64,000 nt of DNA, taken from the NCBI GenBank assembly GCA_044892525.1, contig CM097888.1, positions 38,068,001 through 38,132,000 on the forward strand, written 5' to 3'. The translations under genes and the position numbers were made by a program. Below, piece by piece: positions 25,461 to 37,550 of the stretch; within the stretch, counting starts at the first letter, position 1; every line of letters begins with the position of its first letter. This DNA is from Schmidtea polychroa. Lineage: Eukaryota. The notes below the pieces were generated by a model. That model was not told the DNA's origin, did not search any database, and saw only the letters and a list, made by a program, of their open reading frames with translations.

Positions 25461-26990
25461 TCAAATTCTAGGAAATAGTTCAATCCGACAACCGTCACAT
25501 AATCTCAAAGTAAGAGCTTCGTCCACATCAAATGACTGATTTTCACATAGTTTAAAATCAAAATTATATAATATTCTTGAAATTAATGTTTTAGCTTCAA
25601 ATTCTGCAAAATATCTCCCAATGCATGATCTTTGACCCAATGAAAATGGTATATTTGTATATGGTTTGTCTTTTCCAATTATCATTCTTTCTGGATTAAA
25701 CTTTGCCTTATCCTCGCAATTGCTGTAATGAATTGGTATGAAATTAATAGCGATATCCGTACCAACCGGTAAAATATGACCGCCAACTTCTTCTAACCCT
25801 TTGGTTACTTCTCTGATAGTAGCATATCCTGGAGGATATAGTCTTAATGCTTCTCTCCAACACATTTCTATATATGTTAATTCTTTCAAGTTACAATACT
25901 CAATCTTAGAATGTAGATGGAAGAAATTATCAACTTCTTCCTGAGCTTTCTTTTTTACATCTAAATTATTAGCTAGAAGATAAAAAAGAAAAGCTATGCT
26001 GTTTGATGTTGTTTCCTGTCCGGCGATGAAGAGAGTCACAAAATCGTCTACCATCACATCTTCAGACAAATTAGACTTTTCGGAGTTTCTAATAATGAGA
26101 TCAATAATGTCATTATTTACTTCATCATTGTGATTAAAGGTTTTGAGTCTTTCCTGTAAAATTTCCTTTCCAAAATTACGAAGAAAGCAAACTGCTTGCC
26201 GCCTGCGTTTGACTTCTGTCCAGTTCCATGGTTTATACTTAAAAAATGGATCATTGTAGCTTTCCGAAATCGCTCTTGACGCAGTATAGACAGATTCATG
26301 AAAGACATTATCATCATCTTCTAAACATCGGGATTTTATAGAAAAAACTGATTCAAAAAGTATATCAGTTGTTACTTTATTCACGTAATCCAAAAGAGAG
26401 AAAACTTCACTGTTTTTCATTAATTCATTAAACTTTATAACCAATCTTATTGCATGCCTATCAAAAATTGGAAATAACTTTTTCAAATAGCTTTTATAAA
26501 AGGCTGGATTCAAAGCAGCTCGATGTATTTTCCACATTTTATGATCGCATTCCGTTAAAAGCCCCTTGCCCATGAAAGGTTCTCCGAGCAATATTTGTAA
26601 TGGCTTGTATAATTTATTAGACTTCGGATAATTGGAATTTAAACAAATTGTTTTTGCTAGTGAGGAAGAAGTGACCATGACTATAATTTTATGAAATATG
26701 CATAGTTTAAAGATTGGCCCATACGTTTTATCCAATTCTATCCATAATAAATGCCGATTTCGTTTGGCTAGCATCAATTGTTCTGCGTTTCCAATGAAAA
26801 AGTTTCTAAAAGGTGGATTTGGCAAAGATTTGTATTGCCGTCGAACATAAAGGATGTATAATGAATATAAACTTACAATGAAGATGATAATGATAGTTGG
26901 AGTAACAAAACATGAACCAATGGATACACATGAAATTAGCAAAACAGACACCATAAGAAAAAAGAATGTAAAAGTTATTAAAAATTTCAT
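25461..26990 (-). CDS. Cytochrome P450, CYP46A1-like (cholesterol 24-hydroxylase-like), single exon, 509 aa
   Basis: N-terminal membrane anchor, I-helix FIAGQETT, K-helix EALR, meander FNPER, heme loop FSLGQRSCIG. GKGLLT and DDFVTLFIAGQETT are CYP46-like. Confidence 0.93.
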   Translation of the reverse strand: MKFLITFTFFFLMVSVLLISCVSIGSCFVTPTIIIIFIVSLYSLYILYVRRQYKSLPNPPFRNFFIGNAEQLMLAKRNRHLLWIELDKTYGPIFKLCIFHKIIVMVTSSSLAKTICLNSNYPKSNKLYKPLQILLGEPFMGKGLLTECDHKMWKIHRAALNPAFYKSYLKKLFPIFDRHAIRLVIKFNELMKNSEVFSLLDYVNKVTTDILFESVFSIKSRCLEDDDNVFHESVYTASRAISESYNDPFFKYKPWNWTEVKRRRQAVCFLRNFGKEILQERLKTFNHNDEVNNDIIDLIIRNSEKSNLSEDVMVDDFVTLFIAGQETTSNSIAFLFYLLANNLDVKKKAQEEVDNFFHLHSKIEYCNLKELTYIEMCWREALRLYPPGYATIREVTKGLEEVGGHILPVGTDIAINFIPIHYSNCEDKAKFNPERMIIGKDKPYTNIPFSLGQRSCIGRYFAEFEAKTLISRILYNFDFKLCENQSFDVDEALTLRLCDGCRIELFPRI

Positions 26991-28051
26991 ATATATTCTG
27001 AATAATTAGTAAACACTTCACTTTACGTATGAAAGTCCAACTAAATACTTATCAAATTATACGATATTTTAGATAAAAGTTTATAGTTCTTATATTATAG
27101 ACAAAGGTGTGTTTAGGGTATCGTAAACCCGGGAGTAAATATAAACCCGTTGCCCGTATCCTTATTGAAAAATAAATAAAAGTAATATAAATTTAAAAAA
27201 ATCTAAAAATATTTATTCATCCCTTTTATCCTTGGAAGTAGATTGCTGGCTAATTTCTAGATCAAACTTTATGCTTTCCAATTATTTATAAAATGTGAAT
27301 ATTAGTTCCAAGGTCTCGAAACCGAGTGTCCTTCGTTTATGTGAAAATAATAAATAAATAATTTACTACTATGATATTATCGCTAACTGCTCATAGTCTC
27401 AAATAATAAAAATAATAAAAATGATTAATAATAATTAATTAATAAAAACAAATAATTAATAATAAAAATTAACACATAAAAATTACACACAAATACCACT
27501 ACAAAATTATTAAATTTCGAAACATGTTTAGGTAATCTAAAAATATTTCATAGCCATCATCAATTCCAAATAAAATTTGTGGAAAATAACCATAGTCGGT
27601 CACAAGCTCTTCTAATTTAATTGAAATATTTTATAAATGAATTTTATCAAATCACATTGAAAGCTCTAAAATTTGTAGTTAATTTAGAGTCTAAATTATT
27701 CACTGTCATTAAATCATTTCCTTCCTTGATTCATTTGGGAATCTTTTATAGTTTCGTATTTATCAACACTGTTTTAACACGTTTATGAATTTATCCAGGA
27801 TTTTAAAACTGTTAACAAATCTGTGTTTAAATTCTTTTATCTAAATACATAATTTTCTATGTAATAATGTTTGGCTGTAACGCTATTTAAAGGTTTAAAA
27901 TGAATATTAAATAATTATTAGTTATTAATTATTTTTCTATATAAAATTTTCCACATGTTTTTATAAAAATTTTGATTATAGAAATAGCTGTATTTTGATT
28001 TATACACTGCTAGGGATAGAAAAAATAATTAGATAAAGCTGAAATTTAAAT

Positions 28052-31000
28052 ATGAAAATGACCGTTCCTTTGACAGGTCATAGCTGGTTCGTAAATAATT
28101 AACATATCATTTGGAAAAAAGAAGTTAAAAATAAATGTTTCTGGAAATGTGTTTATTACTGTCTGATATTTGTATATCTGACATAAATATTTATTATTGA
28201 TATAGATCAATATTATTTTATTTACGCTTCTTGTTTCAATGATTAAAATAGAAAATAATTGCTCTGAAGATTTCAATTCCAAAATTCCTAATGAACTTTC
28301 TTCTATACAAGTTCATAGAATAAACCGATTGCTCCATGAGACAATTGATACCTATCCTACAGGTTTGTGCTAAATAAATGATTTTTCGTGATTTTTTGTT
28401 CATTTAGACATCGGCAATTCCCAATTGAAATCAAACAAATTTAATGAAATATTAAATAAATACGGTAAAACAATCTATTTTTGTTTAAAACCATTTGAAA
28501 TTCAAAAAAGCAAATTGTACGAATGCATCGACAGATTGAATAAAATTATCACTATTACTCAAAATCAAAAATCAAATTTCTATGAAAAATTGGAAAAAAT
28601 CGAAAATTCAGAAAAAGTTTAGAATTTCTTTTATGATTTTGGAAAAAAATTAATAAAGTCCAATTTCAGAAGTGCATCATAGAAATGCTGACGGAGCACC
28701 AGGAAAACCAGAACGCAGATCAGGTACTATTGGCAATGTCTAACAGTTCTATTAAATCAGGTATTAAAATTGTATATATTCATAGAATTTATAGACTATT
28801 TTTTTATAATTTGAATAACACCTATTGGTATATGGTCAGATTAACACTATCAATGTATCTTTTAAATTTGATTGTATAATAGAATAGGATGTCAAGCCTG
28901 TCATGAACGTTAACATTTGCAAACTGTTACTTCCGATGACACCGCACATGTAATTATCACATTTTATTAATTAATTATTTTTTTTATTAATTAAATTAAA
29001 TTAAGTTTCTTTATTAACTTATTATTGTTTTTTTCTAATTATTTATATTTATTTTATTTTTTTTAATGTTAAAAATTATTTAAATATTTTTTTATTTTAA
29101 TTAAATACTTTATTTAATTATTTTTAGTAATTAGTTTTAATAATTTATATATTTAACTATTTTAAAATTATTTTTAAAATTATTTTAAATAGTTATTTTT
29201 TATTATTAGTTCTTTTAATTTGCTTTCATGTAATTAATTGTTTCATTTGTATAATTATTTGTTTCATTATTATATATAATTAGAAAATATTTCCTTAATA
29301 AAGACAAATTGTAATACATTGTCATATTTAAATTTTCATTACAATATTGTAAACTATAACGTTGAACACAAAATGAAAGTACAATAAAGTAATAAAATAT
29401 TTAATCAAATTATTAAAAAAGTAATAAAGTATTTCAGTGAATTCCATCAAAGTAATAAAATATTGCATGGATATGCAACAAATAAGGCTATAGTAAACTT
29501 CTCGGGGGTACATAAATAAATAAATTAATTAATAAATTAAATGATGAGTTTTATTTATGCAAACTTTTGTAAATGATATTTTTTTGTACAGAAAAAATAT
29601 TTTTTTATTAATATATAGTTTTGATCGGTGTATTATTGAATTATTATTGTATTATTATTTATTTATTTAATTATTAATTAATTAATTTATTTATTTATGT
29701 ATCCCCGAGAAGTTTACTATAGCTACAAATAATAAATCATTTAAGTAAAACAAACAATAAATTACACCAGAGTAATGAAATGCTTCATCAAGTTGCAACA
29801 TAATTATTAAATATTTCAGTAAATGCAAAAATATTATAAATAACTTAAGTGAATTGAAACAAATTCATATAATATTACAATGAAATGCTTATTTTGGTAA
29901 TTAAAACACGACTCAGAAAATATAGTTAATTAGTTTAAATAGACTTAAATAACATGCCAACTTGTTGCAATTTGCTTTGGACAGGTTCCCCACACGCTCA
30001 TTTTTAATTAATTACTAATTAAAGTACTTAAATTGAAGGAAAATATTAATTTTATGAATTATGTATTTTTACAGATTCCTAAAAGGCCTTTAGTTCTAGT
30101 TCCCGGATTTTTGTCCGCGTGGAAGAATGGCAACCTTTGATGATCTTCTTATTATCAAAAAAACATTTAATAAAACTTATTATATGAATGTGGTCATTTA
30201 TTTTTTTATTTTTCATGAAAAAAGTTTTCATTAAAAGTCCGAGTTCAAATCTTGTGTAAAAACACCCAAGGAACAANNNNNNNNNNNNNNNNNNNNNNNN
30301 NNNNNNNNNNNNNNNNNNNNNNNNNNNNNNNNNNNNNNNNNNNNNNNNNNNNNNNNNNNNNNNNNNNNNNNNNNNNNNNNNNNNNNNNNNNNNNNNNNNN
30401 NNNNNNNNNNNNNNNNNNNNNNNNNNNNNNNNNNNNNNNNTTTTTAAAATATTGTTGATTTTTTAATTAATATTTTGTACTTTAGACCCTCACTGCGAAC
30501 TTGGTGCCCTCACCGACTCCTCGCCCCATTTTTGTGCCTCCTCTGTTGAACACCAACAAATTTATATGTTGATAGTACTATATACTGTTTTAAAATGAAA
30601 ATACCCACTGACCCAAAATCTCTTGGTATTAGTCCCTTTTTTAGCTGTTTTTAAAGGACATCCAACAAATTTTGGTGACTTTTCACTTCCCATTAAGTAA
30701 AGATATCTAGAATTGGTTTCTGTCAAATATGGTATTATAATGTTGAATGAATAATTTTTTAATGAAATTTTATTTTAATATATTTGTTTGATTTTATTTT
30801 GAATTAAATTGAAAGAAAACTAATTAAACTTAAATTTCAATTTTTTAATTATAATAATTCTTATTTAGGTAACCAAAGAGTGGTTGACAAATCATTAAAA
30901 GAAAATGACATGAGAAAAGATGTTAAAACGGACTCTGGGAGAAGGAGCCAGGCTGTCAGTATTTTGAAGCATCGAAATTTTGGCGAAGCCAATAAAATTA

Positions 31001-32810
31001 AAAATAAAAATTTTATTAATCAGAAAGTTAATGAAAGTAAGTCAGAGGGGTTTTTTTTATGGAAATACATTAATTTTAGGATTTCCATCAAGAAAAGATG
31101 AAATTTCTATTTCAAATAAATTTGATTTCAATCAAAGAGATAATATCAATGTGAAAAATGAATATTATAACCCAGAGAAAATATCTTCTAACAAAAGGGA
31201 TTCAGGAATAAATTTTGAAAGTAATAATTTTATTACTTAATATTTAGTAAAAATAATTTATATGTTCCACGGATCAAATATGAATTTTTTAATTTTTTTT
31301 TATTATTTTTTGATCGAGCTGAAAATTTCTGTCCATTTTTTATTTGAATTTTTTATCAATTTCAATCCGAAAAAAACGAATAGAACAAAAAATGATAATT
31401 TTTAGTAATTAGTGGTTATCATTTTCAACTCATCTGAAGTCATATTAAGAAATTTAATAGAAATTAAAACAGATTTCTTTAAAAATAATTCAAAACGCAA
31501 TTTCATACAAATTCAGCATCAACATAAAATTTCAAACTCGTTATAATTTTATAGTTTTTAATATTTTATCCGTAAGATTTTTTTTTTTTTGCAATTCTAT
31601 ATTAAATTGGCCATTCAATTATACACTTCATCTCAACTTAAAAATGTTTTTAATTTTTAAATTAAATTTTAAAATTTTAATCGTATTTTTAATAATTGCT
31701 CACATTGATTAAAATGATTTAATTTTATAATAATAATTTTCAACAAAAGAATTAACATTTTTAAAATGATACTAGCTTTAACTCGTGAAAAATTACGTGA
31801 TATATTGACAAAATTTATAATAACAGTTGTCATAAGAATGTTGGTTTGCAATTTACCTGTAATAGTATTGCTATACAAAGTTTTGCCAATATCAAAAAGA
31901 GTTACCGACTGGCGTAGAACGGTAATTATATATGTTGATTTTCAACCTGTATGATATTATCATATACGCTTCCTCATCTCGTGATTCAATTTCAGAAATA
32001 ATTTAATTATTTTTTTATTTCATTTAGAGACAAAATTTAAATTTATATAAAAATTTCTTATCAATATATTTTGATAATAAATGATTTGTTAAAAAAAAAT
32101 GAAAATATATGCAAATTAAAAATTTTTACCGATTATTAATTATGATTTGAAAATATTTTTATAAATAATTAATTACAATTTTAAAAATTTAAGGTATTTC
32201 TTCTCAGAGAACTTCACCAAAGTTCAGTTTCTTGCAACGTAGAATTCAGGATAAAAGTTATCAAAGTGATGATAAAAAATCTAGATTACATACGAAGACT
32301 CCACCAGAAAGAACTCGTACCTTGTCTTTAAAAATTGAAAACTCGCTCCAAAAAATAGAAAATAATACAAAAAATTTTGACAAACAAGATACTGAATGGT
32401 CGTCTTCTGTGTCTAGTGAAATTAAAAATTCGAAAATTATCATTTTAAAAAATGAAAATCTCTTAAAACATATGAAATTTGACGAAAGTTCGCAAATTAA
32501 TCAAAAAAATGAACTCGAGGATGACGATCTAATTCAAAAAATCCTTACAAAATTTGATTCGGTTAAACAATTTATTGAAAAATACAGAAAGCAACAGAAA
32601 CGTCAAGTGGGCCAAAATAATTACAATTACAACAATGACTGCAAACAAAATGTGAAATATCAATATGTCACAGAATGGATAAGTGCTAATAAAGATCTTG
32701 AAAATCAAATTTCAAACCTTCAACTGAAGAAATCAACAAAATCTAACTCAATTAATCAATTGCGTCACTCAGTAAACCCCATTGTTGTTGTCGATGTAGA
32801 AAAAGACTAA
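28052..32810 (+). CDS. Uncharacterised 7-exon gene, about 473 aa, hydrophobic N-terminus then Ser/Asn/Lys-rich body
   Basis: Exons 28052-28090, 28206-28362, 28408-28616, 28670-28760, 30869-31036, 31080-31220, 32194-32810. All junctions GT-AG and phase-consistent; total 1422 nt with no internal stop. Joins ORF-track pieces 28425, 28685, 30880, 30980 and 32232. Exon 1 is the least certain. Confidence 0.62.
29487..29723. mobile_element. Foldback/MITE-like element in intron
   Basis: Inverted arms GCTATAGTAAACTTCTCGGGG.TACATAAATAAA (29487-) and their complement ending at 29723; AT-rich spacer. Confidence 0.7.
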
Positions 32811-33609
32811 AGGAAAATCTTGCGATAAATAATAAACCATTTAAGTTAGTTGAGATAAAAATTTTTTTAGACTTTTAATTTATTTTTATGATATTTTTAT
32901 TATAAATTATAAGACATTCCTTTTCAAAATTGCACATTTTCTATAATTTAAAAAATCAATAATGTTGCACTACACGAAATACACAAACTTACCAAAGTGC
33001 TGAAATATTCATTTCAAAATATAATAATTTTATTGTGTGCTAGACAAATGGATAAATATAAATTAAAAAAAAACACGACCAAACTTGTAATAAATATATA
33101 TTTTCTATAAAATAAAATTTTTGCAAGTTTATTTATTATTAAAATACGTGACTTTTTAAATAAATAGCTTTTTCGAAAAATTTCATAGATGTTTTAATGT
33201 TATGAAAAACTTCGATTCCTATAACGACATCAATTTTATTATTGTTGAGGATAACTAAATAATAAATAATTGAAAAATAAATAAAATTACCTGTTGAAAA
33301 ATCGTCATGCCAAACGGGACGATCTATGGGAATTCGGAGAAGAAAATTGAAGTTAAAGAAATGAGAAATGAGAAAAAGGAATCAAACAAAAGAAAGCGAA
33401 CAAGAAATTAAAACAAAGGTCACCATTAATTAAAATGTACAAAAAGGGGGGAAAGGAATTTCAAATTCCTAAAAAAACAAAAATAGATATTTTTGTTCGA
33501 GATATGTATTAGATATATGTATGTATTATATGTAATTAATTAGAAAATTATAATTAAACAAAAATACATATCTCGACAGTTGTCATATTTAGTGGAAAGC
33601 AAAATTATG

Positions 33610-34239
33610 TGTCCCAAAGGCAGATTGGGAAAAACAGAAAGATAAGCCCAAGTACCACAAATTGATGAGCTATATAAAAGAGAAACAGAGACAGAAGGAG
33701 GAGACGAGAAATTGTAACAGAAATTGGAGAGACGAAAATTGTTACGGAAATTGTAGAAATTTACCTAGACAAATTGTTAAAAGAATAATTGTCAGATAAG
33801 AATCGATTGGAACCAGACGAGAAGTTATTGAGATATTTGAAGAAAGTTGTCGAAGAAAATTAAAAGAGAAACTAAAGCTAATTATTGATCAGAGATTGCT
33901 AAACGAAAAGTTTAGGGAGTAGAACCCAAGTCACAACCAGCTCAAATTCCCCGTTTTTAGAACCAATCGAAAGCTAGTAATCATTCAAACCCAGTGTTAT
34001 ACGCGATTGCTATTCGTCACAGAGTGTCGTAATAAGCGCTGTATAATCGTCGGCCAGATTATTGAACCAATTGTATCATTGTGTAGTGAAAATTATTTGT
34101 GATTATCAATAAAGTTTCCTGTTGTCGATTGTTATTTGTGGGTCAGCTAAAAGCACGCTTAGAGTCAGAGTAAGAATTTGTAATTTATAAAGATCACCAC
34201 CGACCCAGTAATCCAACATAAACTTGTGATCTTCTTGAC
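33610..34239 (+). mobile_element. Probable solo LTR
   Basis: Starts TGT, ends ...TTGACA; contains TATATAAAAG, a purine-rich block and AATAAA; no TSD identified. Confidence 0.35.
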
Positions 34240-34719
34240 ATGAATTTTATGCAACAAATACCGTGTACATCTATAATTAAACCCAAATCAGCTTCATTAT
34301 CTATTAGCTCGATTTCTTCAATGTAGTTTATATGAGAAACGCTAGAAATCTTCATAAATCTTCTTGATATTTTTCGTCTGACCAAACAACGAACTAGGGT
34401 CATTGTTTATGTAGAAATTGAACTTCAATTGCTGATGCTGAACTATAAATTTACTATAAATTTAAATATTTTTACAAATTTCAAACAAATTTATTATATG
34501 AAATTAAAATTTCTTAACAAAGATCAAATATATTATTTTGCAAACAAACCGGGAACTTTTTAACAATCCAATAAAACCAAGAGTGATGGAAGAAAAACAT
34601 TTTATTCATAGTAATTGAAACCTTAAAATTGGCCATTTAAGAAACATTATTAATATAAATGGAATTAAATAGAATTTATAATTTTTTTAAAAATTACTTC
34701 TTTTAGATGCCGTCCTCAT

Positions 34720-35110
34720 GTTCGAATGCATTATTAAAATCTGCTGTTGAGATTCTTCATCCTGCTGAAACCAGGCTTCTTGAACGTGTGCAAACTTTCT
34801 CAATTCAGATGTAACGAAAGATTGTAACATATCCACGTAACGATTCGAATTAACAGTTACTATGATACTTTACTCGTTTTTCAAAAAAAAATAAGGTCCG
34901 ATAATTCCATGTAATGAAATAGCACACCATACTGTCACCTTACTAACGTGTAAAAGACGCTCAAAAACTTCATTAGGATTTGTGCCTGTCCAGTAACGGA
35001 AATTCTGCTTATTCACGTAATTTGTGAGAAGAAAATGGGTCTCATCTGACATCCATAATTTGCTTAGAAGTTCATCGTCATTGTTTATGTTGACAGAATT
35101 CAAATCGCAA
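34720..35110 (-). pseudogene. Tc1/mariner (DD37D-like) transposase fragment
   Basis: MSDETHFLL..YVNKQNFRYW...NP.E..ER.LH..KVTVWCAIS..GIIGPYFF is a characteristic catalytic-domain motif set. Confidence 0.85.
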
Positions 35111-35754
35111 TGAAGAATCTCAACAGCAGAAAATTTAATGTTTTAACATTTTAACATTTAACATATCAACACAGCACACATAATGAACGTTTATTCATTA
35201 AAACATTAAATCAAATGTATGTATAAAACTGAAGTTGATATTGAAAGAGAGATCATTTGTGTCTTAAGTAAGAGATATACGCTAACAAGACAAAAGATAA
35301 GATAAATAAAATAGTAATTTTACTGTATGGGCAATAAATATTTTATTTAATAAATATAGGCTAAGTATTTTTTAATAAAATTACATTATTTATTTTAGAA
35401 ATCGAAAATGACTATTATTCTTAAATTGAAAATTTTTTAAAAAACCGAATTTACAGGAAAATAACAATCGCAGGTAATTTATATATATAGTAAATAATTT
35501 AATTATTTTCAGTCGGTATTAATTATTAGATTGTTTATTTTAAAATTCACAGTTATTCGGTTGGAAATATATTCACTGTATATTTAATTTTTTTTAATAT
35601 AAATTATTTTGTAATTATTTTTTTCTTTTAAAAAATGCTTATTTTTTCATGTAAAATTTATGAAGAATATTAATATACTCTAAATGTTTACAAATAAATA
35701 AATGTTTTAAAATCTAATAATGTAATTTTTTTAAGCGCTTTTCAAAATAGATAT

Positions 35755-35756
<2 letters not shown>

Positions 35757-35820
<64 letters not shown>

Positions 35821-36636
35821 CAAAAAAGTGATAATTTAAGCCTTTTGCTGCAAATAATGTATTTAATGAAAAAATTTTCGACTATAAGATAATCCTTATC
35901 AATCTCCTGGAATTTAGCAATCTTCCCGAAAATACATTTCTATATTTCTTTTATTTACTTTTTCTTAATTCTCATTGGTTCTAAATATAATTTTTTTTAT
36001 TTCTTTATTAAAAATTTTATTGAAAATTAAAATTAAAAATAAAATAAATACCAATTAAAATTCCAAAATGACACAAACTAAAATTTTTTAGTGTTGATTA
36101 ACACTAAAGAAGAAATCATGAATTTGATCTGTTGTCACTGACCTTGAGATTAACTGACAACATATAAAAAATATAATAAATTAAAAAGTAATAATTAAAA
36201 TAATAAAAAAAAATTTAGGAAATATACTTTCAAAAAATAGAATTTAAAAATCAAAATTGACACATTTATTGAAATATTTAAATAGCGTATATAAATAGTT
36301 ATTGGAGGCTTTATTTTAAAATATTTTGAAATATTTTATTAGGCTTAAAAATTTTTAGTTTGTCATTTTGGAATTTTAAATGGTATTTATTTTATTTTTA
36401 ATTTTAATTTTCAATAAAGTTTTTAATAAAGAAATATAAAAATTCATAATAAGAAAGTATATATTATATTTAGAACCAATGAGAATTAAGAAAAAGTAAA
36501 TAAAAGAAAGATAGAAATGTATTTTCGGGAAGAAGATTGCTAAATTCCAGGAGATTGACAAGGATTATCTTATAGTCGAAAATTTTTTCATTACATACAT
36601 TATTTGCAGCAAAAGGCTTAAATTATCACTTTTTTG

Positions 36637-36700
<64 letters not shown>
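35757..36700. repeat. Long inverted repeat (about 340-bp arms, about 255-bp spacer) ending in (AAT)n/(TTA)n tracts
   Basis: 35757-36089 is the reverse complement of 36346-36700 with scattered mismatches; a partial third copy at 46015-46165 lacks the microsatellite expansions. Confidence 0.88.
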
Positions 36701-36728
36701 ATAAATGCTGCTACCAAGAAATCATCAC

Positions 36729-36778
<50 letters not shown>

Positions 36779-37043
36779 TTGGAAAACTTTAAAATAACTT
36801 TTCGATAGTGAGAACCATTTATAAAAATATAATTTAAATAAATAACTTTAAGTAATAATAATAGCCTGTAGTGTTTATTCACAATTTGAATTATTATATT
36901 ACTTCCTGAATTTTAAATTAAATAAATAACATTTTAGACTTGTACATTTAACAAATTGCAATAAAAGCCTAACAATAATTTTTTTTAATAAAGTCAAAAA
37001 TATATTTACAAAAAAGATTGACTACACATTTTTCACAATTATT

Positions 37044-37550
37044 TCACACTTCTGTGATCATTAGTTCATCTGCTGCTGATGGAGAGATAGAGGTATCAAA
37101 ATCCCTTTCAACCATGAGATTATTTCCTGGAGATGATTTAATTGGAAGGTCTAATAGTAGTTTCCGCTCCTTTTCGCTTAATTTAATGATAGTAGACCCA
37201 ATTAATATGCGAGACGAGTGTTTAGATGGAGAATCCTGAGAATTTGATGTAATAGATGAAAGCGTACATTTTGGAGATTGAAAAAGAAACGTGACAACAG
37301 CTGTTGTGGAATTTATTTTAGACTCATTAGTAAGATTCGAAACTCTACCATCTTTAAACATATATGGTTCGATACACACTAAAGGACATTGGTGGGAATA
37401 TTTTGACTGTGGGCATCCATCATGAGTGTCCGTATCTATTAGACTGGTTAATTCTATATCATTGTCGTTGGTTTCCAAATCAGATGTCGTTTTGAGAGTG
37501 ATTTTGACATATGGTCGCTCCATGATCAAAAAAGGATGATAGTTCCGGTT
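37044..37550 (-). CDS. ATRN: Attractin-like terminal exon (cytoplasmic tail)
   Basis: The 41-nt intron 37591-37551 joins it in frame to the TM exon; sequence aligns with MASRPF...IALEP...AAV.SVFVRLP...LAVASAL of attractin. Confidence 0.82.
   Translation of the reverse strand, partial: NRNYHPFLIMERPYVKITLKTTSDLETNDNDIELTSLIDTDTHDGCPQSKYSHQCPLVCIEPYMFKDGRVSNLTNESKINSTTAVVTFLFQSPKCTLSSITSNSQDSPSKHSSRILIGSTIIKLSEKERKLLLDLPIKSSPGNNLMVERDFDTSISPSAADELMITEV

Noticed and set aside
24720-31950. About 120-bp repeat shared by 24720-24830 and 31815-31910
   Set aside because: Real similarity but no termini or coding signal to classify it.
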